In this document: piece after piece, positions 37,706 to 47,608 of the stretch | How the letters are laid out: each line of letters begins with the position of its first letter | Numbering within the stretch: the stretch's first letter is position 1 | From: Escherichia phage ECO4 | Sequence record: NC_054911.1 | Reading direction: 5' to 3' (one strand) | DNA: 64,000 bases | Made by a program: the position numbers and the translations under genes | The notes under the pieces: generated by a model | What the model was told of the DNA's origin: nothing | Database searches by the model: none | The model's input: the letters and a program-made list of their open reading frames with translations, nothing else

Positions 37706-37933
37706 TCATTTTGGTTTACCTTCTTTAACGAAATCAGGATAAGGATAAAATCCCGAATAAAATCCTTCACCTTTATGATTGATGCATCCTTTATTAGAAC
37801 AATAGCACCAATAATCGAAATCACAAGCCATTTCATCGTTGCATAAAGCAAAAACAACCGGCCACTTACACTTTTCACAGTGGGCATTTTTAAGAATACT
37901 AGTTTGGCTCATAACCATGTAACCTTTAAGCAA
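37706..37933 (-). CDS. hypothetical Cys-rich protein
   Basis: 75 aa with CEKCKW...CYCSNKGC. Confidence 0.45.
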   Translation of the reverse strand: MLKGYMVMSQTSILKNAHCEKCKWPVVFALCNDEMACDFDYWCYCSNKGCINHKGEGFYSGFYPYPDFVKEGKPK

Positions 37934-38121
37934 TATTCTTCTACATGTTGTTTACGACCTTTCTTATCAATAAAGGTATATTCAACGAATGTTCCAATGT
38001 AGTCTTTATCTACATCATGTGGACTATTAATTGGACATTTAGTACGGCAAATGCGTTCCCATTGACGAATAATTTCCACTTTGTTTTTAGGATCAAACGG
38101 ATGTGGGTAATGTACTTTCAT
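37909..38121 (-). CDS. hypothetical protein
   Basis: 70 aa ORF. Confidence 0.45.
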   Translation of the reverse strand: MKVHYPHPFDPKNKVEIIRQWERICRTKCPINSPHDVDKDYIGTFVEYTFIDKKGRKQHVEEYCLKVTWL

Positions 38122-38572
38122 AATCCACCACTATTAAATCAATATCAGGAGTAAACATGTCGATTAATTTAGAAACCTTATCCCAATCGCCGCCAGCAAT
38201 ACCACAACCTATGCGTGGAATGTAAATTACTGGTTTAAACAAAAGGGTTTCTGCCTGTAGATTTAATTCTATCATGCAGTTTACTAAAGCACCATAATCA
38301 AGATTAGGACCTGGTTCGTATTGCGTGTACAAGTTATAACATATGCCAAAACCATTAGGTTTATGTTTAAAAACAATAGACATATCGCCTAATTTATCAC
38401 GAGAACCGTACTCAGTAGTGGTTTTATCTATTTCTAAAATTTTGGGATAGGCTCTTGCTAATTGACCCGCTACACCTGAACCCATAGTATGAAAACAATT
38501 GCACCCGTGCGCAATAATATTACCTTGAAGAAATAGGGCGACAATATCGCCCTTGATATATTTTACAATCAT
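38093..38572 (-). CDS. macro-domain protein (ADP-ribose binding/processing)
   Basis: GNIIAHGCNCFHTMGSGVAGQLA and IPRIGCGIAGGDW match macro-domain core motifs. Confidence 0.65.
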   Translation of the reverse strand: MIVKYIKGDIVALFLQGNIIAHGCNCFHTMGSGVAGQLARAYPKILEIDKTTTEYGSRDKLGDMSIVFKHKPNGFGICYNLYTQYEPGPNLDYGALVNCMIELNLQAETLLFKPVIYIPRIGCGIAGGDWDKVSKLIDMFTPDIDLIVVDYESTLPTSV

Positions 38573-38910
38573 CTAGTACTCAATCCTCGATTATAAGAAT
38601 CTACCAAACGGTCAACCATTGAATGACAAGCGGCTTTATCTTTCTCCTCCGCAACTGAACATTCTAAGGTATTCCACTTTTTAGCATATCGTTTTAACAA
38701 TGTATCGTTTTTGTATCTGCTTGATTTATCTCTTTCTCCGTCTTTATATGCATATATTAATTTCTGCGCAAATTCAGCTTGGCATGCTTTATTTTTCCCG
38801 CAATAATCCGCTGCAGTACGGTTTACATACTCTCTAATTTCAGTATATGATGTATCTGCTAACGCAGAAAATGAAATTAATCCTATACATAAAACCAAAA
38901 TTTTAGTCAT
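38569..38910 (-). CDS. hypothetical exported protein (vs position)
   Basis: 113 aa with N-terminal signal-like segment; positional equivalent of T4 vs, identity not verified. Confidence 0.45.
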   Translation of the reverse strand: MTKILVLCIGLISFSALADTSYTEIREYVNRTAADYCGKNKACQAEFAQKLIYAYKDGERDKSSRYKNDTLLKRYAKKWNTLECSVAEEKDKAACHSMVDRLVDSYNRGLSTR

Positions 38911-39448
38911 TTACTATTTCCAAAAGTTTATTATTTTTAAGGTAATTAGCCTTTTCTAGGACTTCAGAAGCATATTTAGAACCTGCTTTAACATTCCATC
39001 CCGAATTATAAGAGGATATTGCTTTTCTTATATCGCCCTTATGTATATTTAACCAATAAGAAAGTTCAATGTACGCCCAGGAAGCTGAATTGGACCGTTT
39101 ATTCAACATTCTTTTTATTTCAGCATCGGTCATATTATAACCAAGTTCCTTAACTCTTGCTCGCATAGTAGGCAAATAATTTTGGAACATTCCATAAGCG
39201 TGATGCTTTGGTTTAGATTTTAAATTAACTCCGCCAGAGCTTTCTTGCCATAAAATAGCAGCCATTATATGACCTAATCCGCTCTTGTGGATATTTTTGT
39301 GTGTTTTATATTTTCCATCCTTAGAAAATTGTTCCCCGAATTGATACGCGTAACGCATGTTATCGAGTTGGACATTACTGAAAGTATGCTCGGAGCTATG
39401 TGCCATCATTGAAATGGCCAATAGACCAGCGAGTAGTGCTTTTCTCAT
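38903..39448 (-). CDS. putative lytic transglycosylase-like exported protein
   Basis: Signal peptide MRKALLAGLLAISMMA; ILWQESSGG resembles SLT-domain catalytic motif. Confidence 0.5.
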   Translation of the reverse strand: MRKALLAGLLAISMMAHSSEHTFSNVQLDNMRYAYQFGEQFSKDGKYKTHKNIHKSGLGHIMAAILWQESSGGVNLKSKPKHHAYGMFQNYLPTMRARVKELGYNMTDAEIKRMLNKRSNSASWAYIELSYWLNIHKGDIRKAISSYNSGWNVKAGSKYASEVLEKANYLKNNKLLEIVND

Positions 39449-39455
39449 GCTTACC

Positions 39456-39917
39456 TCATTGAGTTTTAATTACTGCTTTAGAAGCCTTTCCTGGTAAACG
39501 ACGACTGTTGATAATTGCCATCCTACATTGAAGTGACGGGTCTTTGAACTTCGCATTAGGTTTACAAACTGTAAATCCAAGCCAAAGATTTCCATCTGTG
39601 ATTTCTAAACGTCCAGGACGATATTCAACCCCATCAATAAAATCCTCGTCAATGTCAGGACGCGGAGGCATACTCAGGAATTCATTAACTTCTAAAACAT
39701 GGTCTTTTATTTTATGGAATAATTCAAAAACATATGTCTCATCAATCTCCCGTTGAATTGCACGATCAAGAAGATGTTGAGAATATTTTAGATGAAACGA
39801 TGAGACTCCTGCTGCTTTTGATGCCTCACGAATCTCATTGTTAATTTGACGAAACTCCGACTCAAAGTGACGACGAAGCTTATTTCGACGGATAAAAACT
39901 TCTGTATTGATAGTCAT
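39456..39917 (-). CDS. regB: RegB site-specific endoribonuclease
   Basis: 153 aa MTINTEVFIRRNKLRRHFESEFRQ...; downstream of early promoter; matches recalled T4 RegB. Confidence 0.9.
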   Translation of the reverse strand: MTINTEVFIRRNKLRRHFESEFRQINNEIREASKAAGVSSFHLKYSQHLLDRAIQREIDETYVFELFHKIKDHVLEVNEFLSMPPRPDIDEDFIDGVEYRPGRLEITDGNLWLGFTVCKPNAKFKDPSLQCRMAIINSRRLPGKASKAVIKTQ

Positions 39918-39944
39918 GTTATTCTCCTCTTAACTGATAGAAAA

Positions 39945-39974
39945 ATTATACCACAGTCAAGAGGAAAAGTAAAC
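39945..39974 (-). promoter_or_regulatory. early promoter, GTTTAC-18nt-TATAAT
   Basis: Upstream of regB. Confidence 0.7.
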
Positions 39975-39976
39975 AG

Positions 39977-40297
39977 TTATTCTTTAAATCTAATCAATTT
40001 ATTCATAGACTTTGAAACCTCTGCACGAACCTCATGTAGATTTTTGAGCTGTTCAAGACGCTGCTCATAGTAAGCAATTTCATCTTCTTCGAGACAGTCC
40101 TGTGAATCTTCTTTAAGATAACGTGCATAGTCCTGGAAAGCGTTACGAACTACTTCCTGGAAGTCATCAAGACTTTGAATTTTCTTAGGAGCAGCAGATA
40201 CACGACGAGGGGCAGTATAATACTCATAACCAAACCCTGCGCTTAATTGAGCCATTAGTATTTTTCCTCTGGTTGGAACACTGCGCGACAAGCCCAC
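39977..40297 (-). CDS. hypothetical protein
   Basis: 106 aa ORF. Confidence 0.5.
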   Translation of the reverse strand: MGLSRSVPTRGKILMAQLSAGFGYEYYTAPRRVSAAPKKIQSLDDFQEVVRNAFQDYARYLKEDSQDCLEEDEIAYYEQRLEQLKNLHEVRAEVSKSMNKLIRFKE

Positions 40298-40557
40298 ATA
40301 CTGGCTTCTTTGAGTTTCGTTTTAGCAATAGTTAACTGATCGAGGCTTTCGGCGTAATTCTTCGCGAGTTCATCATCTTCACAGCTATCAAATGCTTCCC
40401 AAAATTCATCGTATAAAGCATCAAAGATAAGTCCTAAACGAACTTCAGCGTCTTTAATAGCATTTACTTTACCGATTTTTTCGTCGGTGTGTGGCTTATA
40501 ACCTTTAATATCTTCAATCATATTTGACTTCCTCACCAGTGCATAAATCATATTCAA
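40255..40557 (-). CDS. hypothetical protein
   Basis: 100 aa acidic ORF. Confidence 0.5.
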   Translation of the reverse strand: MNMIYALVRKSNMIEDIKGYKPHTDEKIGKVNAIKDAEVRLGLIFDALYDEFWEAFDSCEDDELAKNYAESLDQLTIAKTKLKEASMWACRAVFQPEEKY

Positions 40558-40735
40558 CTAAACGAATAGGTTCATGAATGCCATATCCCTGAACAGAAAT
40601 TTCTGTCGTAGGATAAATTCCATTAATATCACCCATGTTCCATGCTTCGTTAAATTGCTGTTCGCCTGAATTACTAAACCACTCGGCGAAAGCATTTAGC
40701 ACATCTTCAGAACCTTCAATAATTATCTTTGCCAT
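40514..40735 (-). CDS. hypothetical protein
   Basis: 73 aa ORF. Confidence 0.45.
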   Translation of the reverse strand: MAKIIIEGSEDVLNAFAEWFSNSGEQQFNEAWNMGDINGIYPTTEISVQGYGIHEPIRLVEYDLCTGEEVKYD

Positions 40736-41109
40736 TACAAACTCTCGGTGAAGGTACGAGCGATAACGTCGCGCTGCTGTTCCGGAGTCAGAGAGTTAAA
40801 GCGAACTGCATAACCGGATACACGGATGGTCAGCTGCGGATATTTTTCCGGATGCTTAACTGCATCTTCCAGAGTTTCACGACGCAGAACGTTAACGTTC
40901 AGGTGTTGACCACCTTCAATTTTAACTGTAGGTTGTGTTTCAATTTCAATTTCACGGGCATGCAAACCATAGAAAATTTCTGGGTCTACAAAAGAGTCCT
41001 CTTTAAAGGTTTTAGAAACAATAATTCGCGCTTGAATACCATCTTCAAAATAAATAGTACCTTTATGCGTGCCTTCAAGAATTTGATATGCTTTCATATA
41101 ACCTCTCAA
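40735..41109 (-). CDS. autonomous glycyl-radical cofactor (GrcA/YfiD-like)
   Basis: C-terminus [62 protein letters not shown] carries the glycyl-radical RVSGY motif. Confidence 0.8.
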   Translation of the reverse strand: MRGYMKAYQILEGTHKGTIYFEDGIQARIIVSKTFKEDSFVDPEIFYGLHAREIEIETQPTVKIEGGQHLNVNVLRRETLEDAVKHPEKYPQLTIRVSGYAVRFNSLTPEQQRDVIARTFTESL

Positions 41110-41435
41110 TTAGAAAATAAATTTATCCAAGATTGTTCTTTAATTAAAAATGGCTCAGAATCGTATGCCATTAAACTTTGGGTGATTAGTCCTTTAAAAG
41201 GTCCATCAATAAATTCCATAGTAAAATATGGAATTTTATTCATTAATCTTGCATTAGGAGCAGTACACAAAACTCTGCATCCTTTGAATACGCCTTTTTG
41301 TAATTTGTATTGCTTGGGATAAAATTCGCTCAAAATGTTATTTTTTGCCAAAATTTCAAAATGATTCACCAATTTATTTTTAATAGTTTTTGGCGAAAAA
41401 TAAAGATATTCGAAAAGTTGCGTATCTGTCATCAT
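41106..41435 (-). CDS. hypothetical protein
   Basis: Start trimmed to MMTDTQL to remove overlap with upstream gene. Confidence 0.4.
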   Translation of the reverse strand: MMTDTQLFEYLYFSPKTIKNKLVNHFEILAKNNILSEFYPKQYKLQKGVFKGCRVLCTAPNARLMNKIPYFTMEFIDGPFKGLITQSLMAYDSEPFLIKEQSWINLFSN

Positions 41436-42019
41436 TGCATTCCGATTACGAAAAACTGTGGACGAGTAATACCACCAATGCAACATTTAATATTACAGCA
41501 GCAGTGTACAGTGTCAATATGGACACTATAAATCTTATCCATATCAGGAGATTTGACAGGCTCATCAATTATATACAAAATTCGCGAAAGCGATAAACCT
41601 CTGAACTTGCTTCCTTTATTACCAATAAAACTGCGCACAGAATCAGTAAATAAACGAAAACGTATATCATCATTAGAATAACGCGAAAATTCCTTTTTAA
41701 TATTATCTGCGGAAATTTTAGCGTAAGCTGAAGTATTAGAAAGAACAATAACTGTTCCGCCATCATACAGCCAATTAGCAGCAAAGTTAGTCACAGCAAT
41801 TGATTTGCCGGATTGACGTCCACCATCTATACGAAGTGTGCAGTACTGTTTAAGTAATTCTTCAAATGGCGGGATATAATCGTTTTTACAAATTTCTTCT
41901 ACTCTAGCATCAGAATGGTGTGTAAAAGCATTCATCAGGGATAGATAAGGACCAGTTAAAAATGTTCTCATTTTATTCTCTCTAGGTTTGGGCCATTCCG
42001 TGGCACATGAATTGTCCAT
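41432..42019 (-). CDS. P-loop NTPase
   Basis: Walker A GGRQSGKS and Walker B-like ILYIIDEP; start approximate. Confidence 0.5.
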   Translation of the reverse strand: MDNSCATEWPKPRENKMRTFLTGPYLSLMNAFTHHSDARVEEICKNDYIPPFEELLKQYCTLRIDGGRQSGKSIAVTNFAANWLYDGGTVIVLSNTSAYAKISADNIKKEFSRYSNDDIRFRLFTDSVRSFIGNKGSKFRGLSLSRILYIIDEPVKSPDMDKIYSVHIDTVHCCCNIKCCIGGITRPQFFVIGMQ

Positions 42020-42124
42020 TTCTGTATTTACCCATTACCGCACTTGGGCTCGACCTTATTACAGGTTGGCGGGAATCCCTCATAGAATCATGAGGTCCAG
42101 CTTGTTCCCATATTTCTTATTTGC

Positions 42125-42598
42125 TTATTTAAATGATTTGACGTACTGAACAGAACCTTTACTATTCACGAAAGCGATTTTACCATTTTTATTATACATG
42201 GTAGCAGTACGCTGATAGCCATAAGTTTGCTTACCAGATTGATAACCAACTAATGCAAAATTATCTTCACCCATTTTATTCTGTTTAGCGCGAATGCGTT
42301 CATGACCATGTGCCATAAGAACCTTAGCATCACCCGTTGCAATGGATCTACGAGTTTTTTCATCTTCAACTGTATTAACAAAATCATCAAATGAATCAAA
42401 TTTAGCATGAGATTTATTATACAGTTTTCCATCTACTGCATAATTATATCCTTGCACATCCATCTCAACTTCTGTACCATCATCCAATACAGCAGTGATT
42501 TTCTGTCCTTTTTTAAATTTCAAAAGATCAGTAAAAGATTCAGCAATAATTTGAGAATTAATAGCTGCTTCAGTGATAAATTCTTGATATGTTTTCAT
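42125..42598 (-). CDS. internal-protein-like head protein with capsid-targeting N-terminus
   Basis: N-terminus MKTYQEFITEA matches the capsid-targeting sequence of T4 internal proteins. Confidence 0.6.
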   Translation of the reverse strand: MKTYQEFITEAAINSQIIAESFTDLLKFKKGQKITAVLDDGTEVEMDVQGYNYAVDGKLYNKSHAKFDSFDDFVNTVEDEKTRRSIATGDAKVLMAHGHERIRAKQNKMGEDNFALVGYQSGKQTYGYQRTATMYNKNGKIAFVNSKGSVQYVKSFK

Positions 42599-42607
42599 AT
42601 GTTTCCT

Positions 42608-43024
42608 TTAAATGTAAATATTTTTGCCGTAATACTTGTACCAGTGTGGCTTCATTAAAATTTTTTCATCGAGTCGTTGTTGACTCAATTTAATAGCTGA
42701 TTTGCATGGATTATAATCATTTTTCCATTCTGCTGGAATATCGCTGATGTCAGGAACTTCAGTATCTTTTATACTAAACCCGCGTTTTAAGCATTCCGTT
42801 ATAATGTCTGATTGACGCTTTCGCAAAAATTCTAACTTATCGTAAAAGAACGTAACATGACCAGAACCTAAAATAAACTCGGAAGATATTTTAAAATCTT
42901 TAACCCGCTTACCATTTGCCACATGTTTACGAACTATACCAAAAACACGTGGCAATTCACGGTATTCTGCGATTAAATGCTGATCAGCAAGTTCAGATAC
43001 TAAAGTCAAATTAATACGAGTCAT
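42608..43024 (-). CDS. denV: endonuclease V (pyrimidine-dimer DNA glycosylase)
   Basis: 138 aa [29 protein letters not shown]...; downstream of early promoter. Confidence 0.93.
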   Translation of the reverse strand: MTRINLTLVSELADQHLIAEYRELPRVFGIVRKHVANGKRVKDFKISSEFILGSGHVTFFYDKLEFLRKRQSDIITECLKRGFSIKDTEVPDISDIPAEWKNDYNPCKSAIKLSQQRLDEKILMKPHWYKYYGKNIYI

Positions 43025-43049
43025 TTTATCCCTCCAAGTAACTGTGAAT

Positions 43050-43079
43050 ATACTATCACAGTTCTAGGAGAAAGTAAAC
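43050..43079 (-). promoter_or_regulatory. early promoter, GTTTAC-18nt-TAGTAT
   Basis: Upstream of denV. Confidence 0.7.
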
Positions 43080-43083
43080 AACT

Positions 43084-43614
<531 letters not shown>

Positions 43615-44070
43615 TTAAAAGAGGTTGTTCATTATTCGGTAAAGTGAAGGACCCATCACATATTGCCACTGAGTACGAGGAATAAGAGCAAAAGCGTCCA
43701 TCTCTGGAATCATAACACCATCTTTATTTTCAAAATAAGACTCACAATGGCAATTTCTAAACATCTCATGCTCTACTGGAATCGTATAATAAAATAACTG
43801 TAAGTCTTTATTACTAGAATATTTAAATACACCTAGGTCTTCTAGAAGGTCTGGATTATAATTGCTAAAACCGGTCTCTTCTAAGCATTCTCTTTTTGCA
43901 GCTTCCAGTGCATTCAAATCAGAACTTTCTACACGACCTTTTGGAATATCCCAACGATGTGCCATCATTCCAGGCTTACGAGAACCAGTAACCCGACCCA
44001 TAAATAAATCTTTATCTTCTGTCATGAAGATAATACCAGCTGATAATGTTTTCATTTTAATTTCCTGCAT
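43615..44070 (-). CDS. nudE: Nudix hydrolase
   Basis: Nudix box GRVESSDLNALEAAKRECLEETG; alternative start at 44055. Confidence 0.85.
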   Translation of the reverse strand: MQEIKMKTLSAGIIFMTEDKDLFMGRVTGSRKPGMMAHRWDIPKGRVESSDLNALEAAKRECLEETGFSNYNPDLLEDLGVFKYSSNKDLQLFYYTIPVEHEMFRNCHCESYFENKDGVMIPEMDAFALIPRTQWQYVMGPSLYRIMNNLF

Positions 44071-44540
44071 TCAGTGATAAAGCTATTTAAATTTTGAGCA
44101 TATTTCTTTTCATCATAAATCTTTTGCTGTCTGCGTAAACGCCATGGCATTTCAATGAACGTGTACCATATCCCAGATAATATTGCTGCTGTAAAAATAT
44201 TAACAAGTATGGTTAAAATAATCCAATCTCCCGTTCTGTCTACTGGACTTTCTCCAAAGAAGCAAAATACAAATGATGTCACAGGAAAACTAATAATGTA
44301 CCACAGAATCATAATTTTATCTGTGAACCAATCAGCGTTCGTTAATTTAGCGCGACCATTATGAATACACACGAATTTATCATCTGTTACAGTAGATGGC
44401 TTAACTGCTTGATATCCCATTCTAAACTCCCTAATTAATCGTTTCTTTGTATCTTCAGAACAGCCGCTCCAGTCAACTCTATCGACTGAAATGCCATCGT
44501 CCCCATCATCTAAATCATACCAGCGAGTTTTTAAAATCAT
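44052..44540 (-). CDS. membrane protein
   Basis: 162 aa with hydrophobic helices. Confidence 0.5.
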   Translation of the reverse strand: MILKTRWYDLDDGDDGISVDRVDWSGCSEDTKKRLIREFRMGYQAVKPSTVTDDKFVCIHNGRAKLTNADWFTDKIMILWYIISFPVTSFVFCFFGESPVDRTGDWIILTILVNIFTAAILSGIWYTFIEMPWRLRRQQKIYDEKKYAQNLNSFITECRKLK

Positions 44541-44899
44541 TTGATTTTCCTACAATCATTCACGAATTCTTTCATTGATTCATTTTCAATATAAGACATG
44601 TAGTTATTATATTCTTTTAATTGTATTTTGTAATCCTTTTTTCTTTGCCAATTTATTTTAAAATTATCATAATGAAAATATAAAATGATACTAAAGAATG
44701 AAAATAATGAAATTGCTATAGTATAATGAAGTTCACTCCAAACTTCTATTATATTTACTGTGCCGTCAATGTTTAAAATAATACAGTCAATTAACAATCC
44801 AAAAAGACTACCCGCAAGAGCTGCAGCCAACGCCACAGCAAAAATTAAAAATGACTCAGGAAGAGAATATTTGACTTTATTTAGTTTTGGCTTTTGCAT
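44537..44899 (-). CDS. membrane protein
   Basis: 120 aa with two hydrophobic helices. Confidence 0.5.
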   Translation of the reverse strand: MQKPKLNKVKYSLPESFLIFAVALAAALAGSLFGLLIDCIILNIDGTVNIIEVWSELHYTIAISLFSFFSIILYFHYDNFKINWQRKKDYKIQLKEYNNYMSYIENESMKEFVNDCRKIK

Positions 44900-45273
44900 C
44901 GTGATTCCTTAACAAATTTCATAATTTCATCAAATTCATGTGCAGCAAGTTTAAGCTGATGTTCCTTTTTAATCTTTTTACACTGGGCTTTCCAATCACG
45001 TACACGTTTACGATAGTGTCTTCCTTGATACCAGTATCCCACCCAATTTACAGGTACTAATAAAAATGGAACTATCATTGGAAGAATTAGTGTTGACGCA
45101 AATATTATATTAGATTCAATATCAGTCATAACATCTATAACTATTCCAACCCCCAGTAGAATTACAAATGATACAGCTATTACAGGACCTATTAATACAT
45201 CAGTAGAAATTAGCTGGCGCTTTAATTCATACTTCAACGGTTTACTTGGAAGATACATTGATGGCTTTGACAT
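44881..45273 (-). CDS. membrane protein
   Basis: 130 aa with two hydrophobic helices. Confidence 0.5.
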   Translation of the reverse strand: MSKPSMYLPSKPLKYELKRQLISTDVLIGPVIAVSFVILLGVGIVIDVMTDIESNIIFASTLILPMIVPFLLVPVNWVGYWYQGRHYRKRVRDWKAQCKKIKKEHQLKLAAHEFDEIMKFVKESRCKSQN

Positions 45274-45844
45274 ATTCTCTACATTCCTTCACAAATTTTT
45301 CTAATAATAAATCGCTTTCAAAATTGGGATTTTCTACGAATTTATCAAAAAGATCATCAACAATAGTTAAGATATTCTTTTTACTAAGAATACGCTTATT
45401 TTCATGCTTCGTTTCAGAATCAACTATAAGAGTAAAGAAATATTTCTTGCCCTGAAATTTTACAGTAGTATCAATATAGAATAAATTTGACTTTTGTAAA
45501 TTACGTTTAAACCATGCATCACTTAAACTATAAACGCCAAGATAATCATAATCGTCGTTTAAATAACAGACCGTCCATTCAGGAGAAACAAAATCAGTAA
45601 ATTCAACGTCAAAATCGCATGTTAATGAATGAATTGATTCAATACTGTTAATAAGTATTCCAGGACGTATTAAAGACTTTTTACCTCTAGAAAATCTTCC
45701 AGAAAGATTTTCATCAGTTTCATATGAAGAACCCCAATAATAATTACGTCCTTCTGCCATACGTTTAAGAGCATTTAATAATTGGTCTGGAACATCAACT
45801 TGTCTTTGGAATTCTTCAAACATTGAATTGAAATCACTTTGCAT
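45242..45844 (-). CDS. hypothetical protein
   Basis: 200 aa ORF. Confidence 0.5.
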   Translation of the reverse strand: MQSDFNSMFEEFQRQVDVPDQLLNALKRMAEGRNYYWGSSYETDENLSGRFSRGKKSLIRPGILINSIESIHSLTCDFDVEFTDFVSPEWTVCYLNDDYDYLGVYSLSDAWFKRNLQKSNLFYIDTTVKFQGKKYFFTLIVDSETKHENKRILSKKNILTIVDDLFDKFVENPNFESDLLLEKFVKECREYVKAINVSSK

Positions 45845-45871
45845 TTTTCATTCCTATTTACTCCAAGTAAT

Positions 45872-45887
45872 AGGGGCCGAAGCCCCT
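45872..45887 (-). other. UUCG-tetraloop RNA hairpin
   Basis: mRNA AGGGGC-UUCG-GCCCCU just after stop of ORF 45893-46486. Confidence 0.55.
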
Positions 45888-45892
45888 TATCA

Positions 45893-46486
45893 TTATTTCA
45901 GAGAATTAATATATTCCTGAACATCGGCAGAGGTAGTTTCAACCCCAGAAATATTGCCATTAAAGGTTTCAACTCGGGCAAGAGTATCTTCAATATCAAC
46001 CTTAGTCAGCGCTGCAATTTCAACTACATCATCAGCAGTACTAATTCCGAGGGCATTCGCGGCGCGAGTTTCACGGATATATTCCAATTTAACTGCAAGT
46101 TCTTGGCGAGCATCATCTAACTCAACTACTTTCTTGGCGATTTCAATTCGCATTTCAGCATAACCATCAGCTTTAGTAGTCAGCTGCTCAGCTGTTCGAC
46201 GATATAGTAAACCGAGTTTAGCATGCATTGTTACATCTTGACCTTCAGAAAGGAGCTTGCGAATTTCGCGCTCTTTTGATTCGGCCTGCTTATTCTTTTC
46301 GACAATAAGTTCACGAATACGCTTTTCTTCGTTAATAGATTTAATGGAAGCAGTTTTTAGGTCTTTAATCTTATCAAGTAGTTTTGCTGCTGCAGCAGTA
46401 TACTGTTCTTCAACAGATAGATTTTTAGCCATAACAGAACCAAGTTTAGTGCGAATAAACTCAACAATTTTCTTCAGTGTGTTCAT
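45893..46486 (-). CDS. hypothetical coiled-coil protein
   Basis: 197 aa, long heptad-rich helices; UUCG hairpin after stop. Confidence 0.5.
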   Translation of the reverse strand: MNTLKKIVEFIRTKLGSVMAKNLSVEEQYTAAAAKLLDKIKDLKTASIKSINEEKRIRELIVEKNKQAESKEREIRKLLSEGQDVTMHAKLGLLYRRTAEQLTTKADGYAEMRIEIAKKVVELDDARQELAVKLEYIRETRAANALGISTADDVVEIAALTKVDIEDTLARVETFNGNISGVETTSADVQEYINSLK

Positions 46487-46528
46487 AGTATTTCCTTAGG
46501 TTGATTAAAATTAAAATCCACAGAAAAA

Positions 46529-47047
46529 TTATATCATGCTATTTAAGAGATGTAAACTATTTTTAATTTTACAAATTCGTTCAGCTTCTTCAACAGCGGC
46601 AGTGATAATGCTTTTAGCTATAGGAGTACTAATACTAGTAGCTTTTACACTTAACACGATTTCTTTATCTTTACCAGGCCAACCCCACGATTTTTCACCA
46701 TGAGTGCCTTTAATTACAGCAGACACCTCAAGTGAGCATCCATTATCACATGTTTTTACATTAACAACCCAAGTGTCACTTTTCTCAACCGGTTTATCCC
46801 AGTAAATATTGAGAATACGCGGGACATCAAATTTAGCAGGGCAAATCTTAACCGTAAGACCTTCGCTTTCTAGCCAATTAATAAGAGGACGTTCATACAT
46901 GCGGCGATGTGGGCTTTGAACTCGACAAGCCTTGTACCCATTGCTTGCGGCTTCACTAAGCTCTTCTAATACCTGCTTTTGCATTATTGATAAGATACCA
47001 TCAAAAGATTTTTCGGAAGTTTCATTCAGTTCGGTATAAAGAGACAT
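46529..47047 (-). CDS. hypothetical protein
   Basis: ATG 47047 (MSLYTE) with RBS GAGGAAA; track start is TTG artefact. Confidence 0.5.
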   Translation of the reverse strand: MSLYTELNETSEKSFDGILSIMQKQVLEELSEAASNGYKACRVQSPHRRMYERPLINWLESEGLTVKICPAKFDVPRILNIYWDKPVEKSDTWVVNVKTCDNGCSLEVSAVIKGTHGEKSWGWPGKDKEIVLSVKATSISTPIAKSIITAAVEEAERICKIKNSLHLLNSMI

Positions 47048-47103
47048 AACAGTTTTCCTCAAATTATAGGCTCATAATATCTCAATCATGAGCCTATGTA
47101 AAC

Positions 47104-47367
47104 TTATTTCATATTATTGAAATATTCTTCTGCAATTTCGTCGTTATCATGATAAACTTTAGAAGACAGTTTAACATAACCTTCAGCAGTGAACATGTTA
47201 ATCACAACCTTTACAGTATACCACTGACCATCTTCATTACCCATTACTGCGTAAGTTTCAAACATCGGATGATCAGGACCGATAACTTTAATATCATTCA
47301 CTGTACGACCAAAATCTTCTGAAACACATTTCATAAAGAAGTTGAACAGTTCGCCGTAATTATCCAT
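47104..47367 (-). CDS. hypothetical protein
   Basis: ATG 47367 with GGAG RBS downstream of early promoter; track start is TTG artefact. Confidence 0.5.
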   Translation of the reverse strand: MDNYGELFNFFMKCVSEDFGRTVNDIKVIGPDHPMFETYAVMGNEDGQWYTVKVVINMFTAEGYVKLSSKVYHDNDEIAEEYFNNMK

Positions 47368-47410
47368 TTCATTCTCCAAGTTGTTTTCTGTATCAGTAGT
47401 TGATAGTTGT

Positions 47411-47440
47411 ATAGTACCATGGAAGAACAGGGATGTAAAC
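47411..47440 (-). promoter_or_regulatory. early promoter, GTTTAC-18nt-TACTAT
   Basis: Upstream of ORF 47104-47367; about 70 bp near-identical to the 3841-3912 copy. Confidence 0.7.
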
Positions 47441-47573
47441 AGTTTTGTGAAAAATTTTTTAAAAAGTTTTGGGGAATTCTAGGGCAAGGAGGGGAAATCA
47501 AAGGATAGGATAATATATTATAAAGGGTAGAAACTAAATGATGCCTAGAGAGGCCTGGAAAGGCCTAGATACC

Positions 47574-47601
47574 AAAAAGCCCCAACCTTTTGGTCGGGGC
47601 T
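47574..47601 (-). terminator. intrinsic terminator (10-bp stem, GNRA loop, U5)
   Basis: AGCCCCGACC-AAAA-GGUUGGGGCU followed by UUUUU. Confidence 0.75.
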
Positions 47602-47608
47602 AAGAATG

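Noticed and set aside
40729-41322. 197-aa plus-strand ORF
   Set aside because: Antisense to the GrcA-like gene and neighbouring minus-strand genes; W/F/C-rich low-complexity translation with no RBS; all confident genes in this half of the window are on the minus strand.
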